The notes beneath the pieces were generated by a model. The model worked only from the letters and a program-made list of their open reading frames with translations, made no database searches and was not told where the DNA came from. A stretch of DNA of 64,000 bases, taken from positions 88,514,984-88,578,983 of the forward strand of contig NC_068989.1 of the NCBI RefSeq assembly GCF_001194135.2, read 5' to 3'. Positions 37,271-49,505 of this stretch are shown here, piece by piece. Every line of letters begins with the position of its first letter. Within the stretch, counting starts at the first letter, position 1. The stretch comes from Octopus bimaculoides (lineage: Eukaryota). The position numbers and the translations under genes are program-made.

Positions 37271-38173
37271 CACTATAGGTTAAGTACCAGTTGTGTACTG
37301 GGGTCGATCTCAAAAATTTCAGGCCTTGTGCCTAGAGTATAAAAGAATATTGAGGGTAAGGTATTTGTCAATTTGAGAACCACTGCACTGGACAGTTCAT
37401 GTTTGGGACTGACCACATAAATATAGATGTTGGAAGATGTGTAAGTATTGCATCATCTCTAAAGTTGAAATTAACCTTTAGCATGCTGAAGGCACATCAT
37501 GTCACCATATGAGTTGTCTCCCTTCTCAGTGCAACACAATATACCTACAGTTACAGGGGAGAAAACTCATATAGCAAGATGATGCACCTAAGCATGTTAA
37601 AGGTTACATATTGGGTAAACTGTAATTGTATAAAGATGACTGTATTTTCATATTGTGTAATTTTTATGGTAAGCCACCTCTGGTTGAAGATACCTGCTTT
37701 TTCAACAACCAGATGTCCATTCTGTTGCCAACTCTCACCTCTTTCCATGCAATGTAATATTTCCCCATTGTCAGACATGTTTTTCATGAAAGATCAGAAA
37801 CAAAGGACACTGCATGATAATGGCACTTGTTCCTCTTAGCTTCAACCTACCAAATCTACTCATAAGGTTTTGGCAAATATGAGCTATAGAAGAAGACGCT
37901 TGCCTAAAGTTGAATTTGAACTCAGAACATAGAGAATCAGGAGAAACAAGGATGATATTATTGATACCCCATGATACAGGATATCATTCATATGAATGCA
38001 GCTCTGTTCAACCCATTACTTCACCAGAAACAATTCAGGAAATGAATGTGAAAATAAACAAGAGAAATACAATCACACTAATGATAGTGCCTCAGCATGG
38101 CCACAGCCTCTGGCTGAAACCAATAAAAGTAAAAGTCTGATTCATTTATACGAAAAGAATAAATATCTGTTGC

Positions 38174-38179
38174 TTTATT
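38174..38179 (-). terminator. Possible polyadenylation signal of the tubulin mRNA
   Basis: AATAAA on the minus strand about 340 nt past the stop codon. Confidence 0.3.
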
Positions 38180-38367
38180 TTTTTCTTGTTTAAATTACAC
38201 TTCAAATTTTTTGCGGAAAAAATATACTTACATCAGATGTATAACAACAGGAACACTAGCAAATAGGTGCAGATGTGTAGAATGAAAAATGTTACACTGA
38301 TGTGAGAGATAAATGTTGAAAAGAGAGAGTGTATATTTCAGAAGCTATGTGTAAATACAATGTTGAA

Positions 38368-38472
38368 ATTGTTCCTACTTTCACTTTCAAGTGAAATAAC
38401 AAATGATTGTTCCTACTTTCACTTTCAGTGAAATAACAAATGAAAATTGTTCCTGTTCTCACATTCAGTGAG
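38368..38472. repeat. Two full and one partial ~37-bp tandem units in the tubulin 3' UTR
   Basis: ATTGTTCCTACTTTCACTTTCA(A)GTGAAATAACAAATG twice, then a diverged third copy. Confidence 0.85.
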
Positions 38473-38517
38473 TGCAATGTAATCAGACAGTCTAGAAGTG
38501 ATTTTGTTTTAATATGT

Positions 38518-39476
38518 TCAATATTCTTCCACTCCAGGTTCCTCTTCATCCACAAATACTGTTTCAGCACCAGCCTCTTTGTAGTCTTCTTCCAGTGCAG
38601 CCATATTTTCTCGTGTCTCAAGAAATTCATCTAATGTCATGCCTTCAGAAATATACCAATGAACAAAAGCTTTTTTGCGAAACATTAAATCAAATTTGTA
38701 ATCAAGACGTGCCCAGGCTTCACGAATTGCTGTTGTATTACTAAGCATGCAAACAGCTCGAATAGAATTCCCTATGTCACTACCAGGAACTGCAAATGGG
38801 GGTTGACTGTTGATGCCTATTTTGAATCCAGTCGGACACCAGTCAACAAAATGTATCTTGCTTGATCGCTTGATGTTTTGCAATGCGTAGTTAACCTTAC
38901 TTGGGCTAACATCTCCTCTGTAGAGGAGGCAACATGCCATATATTTAGCAGATTGAGGTGAACAATTAACCATTTGATTGTGAGGTGCAAAACACTGGTT
39001 GGTTAAATGTTGAATGCTTACCACTGAGCGTAAAATATTCACATCTGTCATTAGTGGAGAGTAAGTGGCCAGGGGAAAGTGAATTCGAGGATAAGGTACC
39101 AGGTTGGTCTGAAATGCACTAAGGTTTACTTGAAGGGAACCTTCAAAACGTAGTGGGGTTGTGATTGAGCTGAGTACATGAGAAATGACCTGGTTCAGGT
39201 TTTTATACATTGGACGTGAAACTTTAAGCTTGTTATGACAGATTTTATAAATAGCTTCATTGTCAAGAAGGAAACTGCAGTCGGAATGGTCCATAGTGCA
39301 GTGTGTGGTGAGCAGTGAGTTGTATGGTTCCACCATGCTTGTCGATAAATGAGGTGACGGGTAAACAATGAAATTTATCTTTGATTTCTTTGGAAAGAGC
39401 TGACTAAGAGCTTGTGCTAGGATTGCTGTGAAACCAGAACCGGTACCGCCACCTAAACTGTGAGAAAGAAGGAAAC
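38518..39476 (-). CDS. TUBA: Alpha-tubulin last coding exon, residues 134-452 (959 nt)
   Basis: Acceptor atttcag|GTTTCC. Uninterrupted ORF from (G)[14 protein letters not shown] to EEEPGVEEY, with TGA at 38520-38518. Confidence 0.97.
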
Positions 39477-42400
39477 CTGAAATGACAGCAATGTATATTG
39501 TCACTAGTGACAGAAATGATGTTCTTTATAGAAATACTGACATTGGAACATTGGTATATTGCCATTGTAGTTGTTGTTTAGTCCCAGGTCAACCTTGACC
39601 AAGCAGGTTTAGGATCATAGATATCCAAATCTTGACCATTACACTGATTTTTGCCTTCTTTTTTCAGATAGCGTATTCAAGATTATATTATCCAATGTGT
39701 TGGTCTTCCTTTTAAGACAGTAGGGTGTATTTTGAGGGGAAATTTGGTTGCTATTTATAGCTGGTTGAGGGACCACATAGAAGCTCCTTTGCTGTTTCAT
39801 TAATCTATAGCGGATACAGGAGAAGTTCACCTTAGCACTGCAAGTTATTGAAACACTCAGCAATTACAGAATACTTCCACTACATCCAGCAGTGTACTTC
39901 TCTACCTCACGTATTGACCACGGGCTGGAATGTTAAGAGAAGAGTGTCATTACGAGAGACACGGAACAATACAAGAGGCAGGTAAAACATCAAAGAATTC
40001 TTTCTAAACAAACATTATCAACAGCGGAGAAAGCAAACCAATGAGAGAGTCACTGTGGAGTCATTTGAGATGCTGGATAAAACAGCCAGTTCTTCCTCAG
40101 ATCATACTTCACCTTACTGTCTTAGGGAGGGCACATTGGATAATGTTGTCCTGGATATGTTATGCCTGAATAAAAGACAGGATGGTCATGGCAGGTACAT
40201 ATGGCTATCCTAGACTAAACAACAACTCTTCAATATACTATATAAACTCTTTATCATATTTAGGATAAACTACATATTACTATACACCTGATATACATAC
40301 ACATCCAGACACATGCACACACACACATATATAAATATATATATATTTGTATATATACATATATATATATGTATATATAATTATATATATGTATATATAC
40401 ATATATTTGGGATTTGGTTTGCGAGATTCTTTATGTGAGTTTGTGTGTTGAAGCATATTTTGTTGTATCTGGGCAAAGTCATTCTCCTTTAGTGCCTTAT
40501 TTAATACACTCACTGGTAAAGTTTCCACTCATTTACTTATTTATTTTTCCTAAAAGAGTCAACGATTATTGAAAAGGTTGCAAGACGCAACGAAAGTTTT
40601 AGGAAAAATAAATAAGTAAATGAGTGGAAACTTTACCAGTGAGTGTGTTAAATAATAAGGCACTAAAAAAGAATGGCTCTCCCCAGACAACAAAATATAT
40701 ATATATAATATTTATATATATATGACTAGAGCAGATAAGAGAGCTGAGGTGAGGGAGTACATGTTTATTCCATTCTTATCTGCTCTGTTCATACACATTC
40801 TCTCCGTTCCTGTATCTACTGGATTTTCAGAATCAAGCAAAGATTTACCTTAACCCCAACCACAGTCATTCTTGTTAATCACACACTCAGCAGAGTGCTT
40901 AATGTGAGGTCTGTTTGATTCTCTCAAATCCCCATTACTACTCTGTGTGTGTGTGTGTGTTGAATTGGTGGGGACTATTTAGTCTTGCTACGTTCAACCT
41001 CTTGGGTGCCAGGAACACAATAAATTCACTTAGTCCATGTAGTAAAATTATTGATAATTGGAAAGGCGTCTATCCACAAAAAAAAAAATTGAAAACACAT
41101 TGAAAAGAATGACATATTAAAGGTAGATTGGCCATTATTGTTAATCAGATCCAGGTGGAACTTTTAATGAGAAGATCTTCATATTTTCAGGTACTGTATG
41201 TCTTGGATGGCATTCTTCCAATATCTTCCTTTCTTTGAAATGCTAGAGAATGATTTGAGGGAATTTAGCCACTATTTCCTGATAGTTGAGCAACTGCATA
41301 GGGGCTCCTTCATCGGCTTCTATAAATTTGCAAGATGCTGTCCTGGGACAGACTTAACCAGCCCTTGCTAGCAAGGGAAAAATGGTTATAAGACGATGAT
41401 GGTGATGGGGGGAGGGGGGTATATACTAAACTGATAAACAGAGACAGTGGGAGAGGAGCTCGTCCACCTAGAAAACCAAGCCATCACCACTCCTCAAATG
41501 ACCACCTTCTGTCTTAAAAGGAATGAAGAACACATTAGTTAATGTAATCCTAGATACACTATCTTCTGAAAGAAAAATGGCATTGTCATGATGGAAATGT
41601 TATTGGTCATTGGTCTTCTGGATCAAGACTGACCTGAATCTAAACAGCAACAACAACAACAACTACAACTAATACAATATTAGAAAATGTTTTATTTTCC
41701 TTCTTTCTTTACTTCTTTTTTGATCCACGCCATCTTTCATGTTTTCCATTGAATTTCTTCTATGAAGAAAATGGTTTTCAATTGTGAAGCTCTCTCCATA
41801 ACTTTCTCCCTGTACATTGGTTTCATTGGCTGTGATGATGACTATTAAAATAGCCATCTATGTATCATATTTAATGTATTCACACAGTTGATAGGCTGTC
41901 TACTGCAGTATTTAACCTGAAGTAATATCTCTCGTGGACTTGCTGTGTTAAAAACAAAAGTATCAAAGAGAAGCGAAAATTCCTCCCAATAGCGACCAGT
42001 GGGAGCACCAGATGTATTTTGACCATTTTGGACCTTTTCAATGGTACATACAGCCAGATGAAAAAATGAAGAAAACTTTCGCTGATGTTACAAATCGTTT
42101 CCCGGCTGATTAAAACTTTGGTTATATGCAACTGAGACAGTATCAGATTAAAATAGCCATCTATGTATCATAGTTAATGTATACACGCTGTCAATAGGCC
42201 AGTTACTGCAGTATTTGTCCTAAGACATTATCTCTTATGCACATGCTGTGTTAAAAAAAAAAAAAAAATACAGGCATCATAGAAAGCATGAGAGACAAAA
42301 ACCCATTCAGCAAAAGCACCAGAGACATTTCAACATTTTTAGGCCCTCAGCCATCCACATTTTCAGCTGAATAATCATCATCCCTGATATAGAGAAAAAT

Positions 42401-45400
42401 AAATAAAACACTCACTGTTTGGTTAACTAAATTCATTGAAATTGTGTCTAAGTGACTAGATCAGCACAGTGACCATCCTGTATTTTTAAGGATACACAAA
42501 ACTACATTATCTAATGGATCCTTTCTTTCTTTAAGGTGGTATGGTGTGATTTGGGGGAAATTTTGCTGCTATTTCTAGTAGGTTGATCAAGCAGTAGTGT
42601 AGCTGGTGGGGTGTGTGGCACTTTTGGTTACGCTGTATAAATCTGTATAGGCTTGAGTGATGGTGGGGGTGGAGAGGGGAGGTTGAGTCAACTCTGCTTA
42701 TCTCACTCATTCACACATAATCGCAAAAGCTGTCCAACCAAGGTGCTACTATGAACAGAACTTTCTGATATTACTCTGTTGTTTTTCATTGGACCATCAT
42801 GTCCAATACAAGCTTTAAGCAATAAACATATGATGAATTATCAACAAGACTTTCCCATTCATCTCATTCTTGATAGCATAACACATTCATTTCATCTTAT
42901 TGTTAAATGTTAAATGTTTAAATAAACAGGGTAGGATTAAAGAGCCACAGATACTTATAGATACTTATGTAGGATCTCAAATTTTACAGAGAAGTGCAAG
43001 GTTTTGAGTGTAACAACTACATGCTAACAATTTAACTCTTTTGATCCCAGCCTAACTGAAACTACCTCTGACTCTGTAGTACAAATGTCTTGTTTTCATA
43101 AGTTGTGAATTAAAATCTCCCACCAAACCTTAGTCACAATTTATGTTCCTAACACTAGCTTAATAATAACTAAGTTATTGTACTAAATTCTTTGTTATAT
43201 TTAAAATCAATTGAAAGAAACACAGAGCATCTCAACAGAAATATGGTAACAAAAGGGTTAACAAATGATACCAACCCGGCTGAAACTGCCTCTGGCTCTG
43301 TTGTACAAATGTCTTGTTTTGAAAAGTTCTGAATTAAAATCGGAAAGAAACCAAAAACAAAAGAACTATACACATGCATACACACACACTCATACACATT
43401 CGCACACAAACACTCACACATACACATGTAATTGTTTAGCCCAAAGCGACCCTTGCTTTTGCTGAGATATAATCAGAGACAGTTTAGCTGTGACCATTCC
43501 ATCATTTGTTCAGACATAGTATATCTAGGAATACATTACCTGATGTGTTCTCTTTGATTTTTTTTTTCTTTTTAAGGGGATAAGGTATGACTTATGGGAG
43601 GTTTGGCTGTGAACTCTTGCAAGGTAAGTCAACTATGCAGAGGCTCTTTCATTGACTCAACAAGAAAATATTTGCCAATCAGTTATTTAGCCTTCATTTA
43701 ACTATCATCTCTGTGTGTGTATGTATAACAGCTACATGGTCCCAAATGTTTGAGCAGTACTTCAGATTAGATCTTACTTAAGCTTCAACTAACTCTATAA
43801 AGTCATACCACTGTGCAATAACAAGTACAATTGATAATATAAACATTACCAGTTGCACCTACATAGTGCATGTGCTTTGTTAATGCACCAAATTTGCTGC
43901 AGGACAGAATTTGGATAAAGCTCCTGAAATGATGCTGAGTGTTCAAGAACACCTGAATGTCGCAGGCCAGGCAAAGCAACTCACCTCAGAATGAGTGAGA
44001 ATGGTAGATACTGATATTTTGCATTGTTGTGTCGATGCCCCCAGGCGAAGAAGTAGGATCTCCCAAGACATATAAATAGAGGTAGTCTGGCCGTGGTAGG
44101 AGTGTTGAGTAGCAGTTGAGTAGCGATCATCCGAAGGTGCTAGATAGCAGTGGCATTGAGACATAACAAGCATATAAGTCATAAACCAGCAATTCAATTC
44201 ATTTCAAGATGATCTGAGTACTTGGTATTGATAAACCTAATGGCAAAATATTGGTATCTACCATCCTCAGTGATTCCAAGGTAAGATGTCTCACTTTGTC
44301 TGTGACATCCAGGTATTCTTTAAGACTTAACATATGGGGTGCTTTCCCCAGATGCTATTCTGCAGCAAATTTGGCATCTAAGCAAAACACATGCACTGCA
44401 GATGTATGACCCACAATGTTTACATTACAAGAGCTGCTTTTAATTTGTAATTTGATAATCAATAATAATATAGTTAAAATTATCCAGAGATATCTCACAA
44501 CTCATCATCAATCCCTGGACATTATTTTCTTAAGCCCTCAGACCCTTTGGGCCAGTTACCTGGTTTTCATGACATGTGAGTGACCAAGATCACAATGCTC
44601 CTCTTGAACAGAATATCAGTCTGTCACAGGGTTACACATTTACAACTGGATGAACTGGAACAACATGAAACGAAGAGTTTTGCTCTGGAGCACAACACAC
44701 CACCCAGTCTGGGAATAGAAACCACGATCTTGCAACAATGACTACAACGCCGTAACCACTTGGTTACATGCCTTCACACCTTACAATTGATCTTTTTATA
44801 ATATAGGTAGCATTATCAACAGATACCTCACAACTGATGTTGTATATGATCTGATAATAATACAATTAGAATTACAGACAGATATTTTGGAACTGATTTT
44901 GTAATTAATATAGTTAGAATTATCAACAGATACCTTGTAACTGATCACAGTCCTCAGCAAGTTTTTCTATTCTCTCAACAGCAACCTCTAACGCTTCTCG
45001 GCCAACCCCGTAGTAACCACGGGCAAAGTTATTGGCAGCATCTTCTTTCCCAGACAGAAAAGTGTTTGGATGAAAGAGGCTCTTGTATTTTCCGGACCGT
45101 ACAACATCTGAAATCATGATGGTATGGTTAAAAAACAGACAGAAGATTACAAAAAAAAATGTTAAATAATAAAAAGAAATAATAGTAGGAGACAAGAGTA
45201 TTGACCATGTTTTGAGTGAGTGCTATATACTAACGCAAAAGGAGTACAAGCACAGACATAGGCATGACTGTGTTGGCAAAAGAGTGCATTGGGATGTCAG
45301 CCAAGGGTGTGGCTTCAAAACAACTGGAAAGTGGTGTGAATATGAACCAAAGGCTGTGATAGAAAATGAGAATTACAAGAACTTGTGGGACTTTGTTATA

Positions 45401-48400
45401 AAGACTGACTGTACTATTGAAGCAATAAGACCAGATAGAGGAAGAAATAAAGAAACGGTGCAAGATCGACGATTTTGCAATTCCCTGGTAGCAGAGTTGA
45501 TACCAAAGAAATTGAAAAAAATCGAGAAATAGCAGGAGCTGACCAGAGAGCTGAAAAGACTGTGGAGGACCAAACCAACAATTATTCCTGCAGTAATTGG
45601 TACACTTGGTACAACACCCAAAATGCTATCGGGAAACTGGAATTGAAACTTGCATTGTTGACCTGTAGAAAAGTGCCATCTTACATTCTGCAATAATTCT
45701 AAGAAAGATTCTTGAGATTTGAGGAGACTTGTTGTCAGCAAAGATAAAATACCTGCTAACTAAATTAGCATGCACTAGCATAATAATGATGTTGTTGTTG
45801 TTGATGATGATGATGATTCTTTCTAATTTTTGCCACAAGACCAGCAATTTTGAGGGGAGGGGAAAGTTGATTACATCAGCTCCAGTGATCAACTTGGACT
45901 TATTTTATTGACCTCATAAGCATGAAAGACAAAATCATTCTCAGTGGTATTTGAACTCAGAATGTAAAGAGCTGGTAGAAGTGCTGCTGAGTATTTTGTC
46001 CAGGGCAGCAGCAGCAGCAGCAGCAGAAGAAGAAGAAGAAGAAGAAGAAGAAGAAGAATTCATTTATTGGCCACAAGGGCTTACATAAAATTACAATAAA
46101 TCACATACAACAACATAAAAGACAAAAGCAGGACGATTCAATGGGTTTTACAACGTGTAAACAAAATAATAACAATTAAAATTAAACAATTTAAAACTCC
46201 CAATAAGAGAGGTGCATTAAGGACCTCGTGAAAAAAACCCCACAAAAGTCACGGGTGCCTGATCAACAGAGCAAGAGCCCTTCTTTTGTTTACAGGTACA
46301 TGTTCAGAATTGGTCCTTTCACACTGGCCATTCTTCCAACATTCATCCATCTTTCAACAAACTTGTTACAAGGCAACACTTCCCTCTCTCCATCCTCAAC
46401 TTCCTTTTCAAGTGAAACTTGAAAGAGTTGATGAGGGCTTGGCTAAAGAGGAAAGTGCCTGTCTTTAGCCCTTTCAAACGGGTCCACCATACTACCTAAC
46501 AATAATAATAATAATAACCAGAAAAGTACTCGGAGAGCGCAGACCTCCGCCAAGCACCTCATTTCCACCCATATACACACATGCTGAAAATCGCTCAATT
46601 TCCCAAACCAACGCTGGCAAAAACATAACCTCCTTGATGGGGGTTAAAAAAAAAATAACACACCCATATGATTTTAAGAAAAAGAAACCCCTTTAAAAAC
46701 AGGAATCATCTGAAGCAGTTCACAACCACCAGCATCATCATCACCATTGTCATTGCGTCCACTTCACCCACATACTGCGCCGTCAATGTTATCCTGACGG
46801 TTACCTTGACAGTCACTTTCACCACCACAACCAGTATAACCACTGCAATACCACCATCACACAACTAACACTATCATCCACACCACTATTACCACCATCA
46901 CCTCAGCATCACACATCACACCGCTCCTGTCGCCATTATAACCACCGATACTATTTTATCCTCCTCCCATACTTATCTCAACCATCAATACTGTCTCTAA
47001 ACAGCAATGCCACCATAGGTTATGTGGAAACGATGTGTTTTCAAGGGAGATAATCAAAGAACGTAACATTGTAATACTTCATGTAAAGTAAATATAACAA
47101 ATGAAAAATCCTTCAAGATTCCATAAAAATTCCCGGATCACTACCAAAATTTCATCATCTGTTCTTTGTGCCATTACCAACTTTTCCTGCAAGCTTCATC
47201 AAATACCATTCACAACTTTTTGAGTTATTCAGTCCCACTGCGTGTCACCTTGGGCAAGTGTCTTCTCCTATAGTCTCAAACTGACCAAAGCCTTCTGAGT
47301 GGATTTGGTTGGTGGAAACTGAAAGAAGCCTGTTGTGTATATATAAGTGCATATATGTTTGTGTATCTGTGTTTGCCCCCCCCCCCTCACCATTGCTTGA
47401 CAACTGATGCTGTTATGTTTACATCCCTGTATCTTAGCGGTTCGGCAAAAGAGACCGATAGAATAAGTACTAGGCTTACAAAGAATAACTCCTGGGGTCA
47501 ATTTGTTCAACTAAAGGCGGTGCTCCAGCATGGGACTGAACCCGGAACCGTGTAGTTGGTAAGCAAGCTTCTTACCACACAGCTATTGCTCATAAATTTT
47601 AACAAGAAAATCTTCTGTGGATCCCCAAGGGCCGCATGGACCCTGGTTGTTGAGAACCCCTTCTAGGTGATGCCCCAGCATGGTCACAGCCAAATGACTG
47701 AAATAAGTAAAAGAACAAAAGAAAAACAATCACAAAAAAAATGAAACAAATAAAAAACAAAAGAAGATAAACCTCATTACAGTAGAAAGTGATTAATTCT
47801 ATTATATTAGTTAATGTCATTTGGTTATATTGTGTTTGTTAACGATCAATATTGTGTATTTATTTGCTGCTTAGCAATTACTGATTATTGATATACTCAA
47901 CAATAAAACAATAACGATCTCTTTTATTGGACACAAAAGGGGAAACATGGCTGTGTGGTTTAGAAGCTTGCTTTGCTTCTATAGGCTTTCAAGTTCAGTC
48001 CCAATGCGGGGCACTCTGGGCAATCACCTTCAGTTGAAATCCATAGGCTAACTAATGCCTTGTGAGTGCATTTGGTAGATGGAAAATGTATATATGTGTA
48101 TGTATATATATTCTTTTATTCTTTTAATTATTTCAGTCATTTGACTGCGGCCATGCTGGGGCACTCCCTTTAGTCGAATAAATCAACCCCCAGGACTTAT
48201 TCTTTGTAAGCTTAGTACTTATTCTATCAGTCACTTTTGCTGAATCGCTAAGTTACAGGGTATGTAAACACACCAATATTGGTTGTCAAGCAATGGTGTG
48301 GGGGAAAACACAGACACACAAACATATACACACACATCATCATCATTTAATGTCCGCTTTCCATACTGGCATGGATTGGATGGTTTGACTGAGGACTGGC

Positions 48401-49466
48401 AAGCCAGGAGGCTGCACCAGGAGGCTGCACCAGGCTCTAATCTGATCTGGTAAGGCTTCTACAGCTGGATGCCCTTCCTATCGCCAACCACTCCAAAAGT
48501 GTAGTGGGTGCTTTTTACGTGCCACCAGCATGGGAGCCAGTCATGCAGCACTGGCATCAGCCATGTTCGGATGGTGCTTTTTACGGGTTACTGGCACAGC
48601 AGCCAGTCGGGGCAGTGGCAGCTGGTATTGACCACCTTCATATGGTGCTTTTTATGTGCTATTGGTACAGCAGCCAGTCGGAGCAGGGGGGTTGGTATCA
48701 ACCATGTTCAGATGATACTTTTTACGTGTCACTGGCATGGGGAGCCAGTCTGGCAGCACTGGCAACGACCCACGCATGAATGGTGCTTACTGCGTGCCAC
48801 CAGCACAGGAGCCAGCCAGGCAGCACTGGTATTGGTCACAACTACAATTTCCATTTTGTTTTCAATTCGATTGAGATTCTGAATTTCAGTTTCTGTCTAA
48901 CAAATCCATTCACAAGGCTTTGGTCGGCCTGAGGCTATAGTAGAAGACGCTTGGCTGAGGTGCCATGCAATGGGACTGAACCCAGAACCATGTAGTTGAT
49001 AAGCAAGCTACTTACTACACAAACACTCCTGTGCCTGTATATGGACTCCAAGCACTAGGTTGCTATTTAGTTAGATAATTTAGGAGCTAGTTATAGGTTT
49101 ATTTATACAAGGGGGAGATGCAGGCTTAGCTAAGTGGAGGTGCTTGTCTCCTCCTTGTAAACATAAGGACACAGGTAATGTGTCAAGGGCGAGAGGAAGC
49201 AGTGCAGCTTCCTAGGTCTAACCAACAGTAGTATTATTCCCTTCATGGGACTGTCACATTAAGCTGACAGCATACAACTACTTCATTGTATCACTATTGC
49301 ATAAATCTCTCTGAGAGATTTAGAAATGCATTATTTCTTAAAAAGGGTATTTAGTCCAACTTTTTGCAGTCCTGGAAGTCTGTAACAGTAGGGGTGGTCC
49401 TTTTTTTTTTATCAAGGAAAAGTTGATCTTGGGTGGATTTGAACTCAGAGCTTAGAGAGTTGTCAC

Positions 49467-49505
<39 letters not shown>

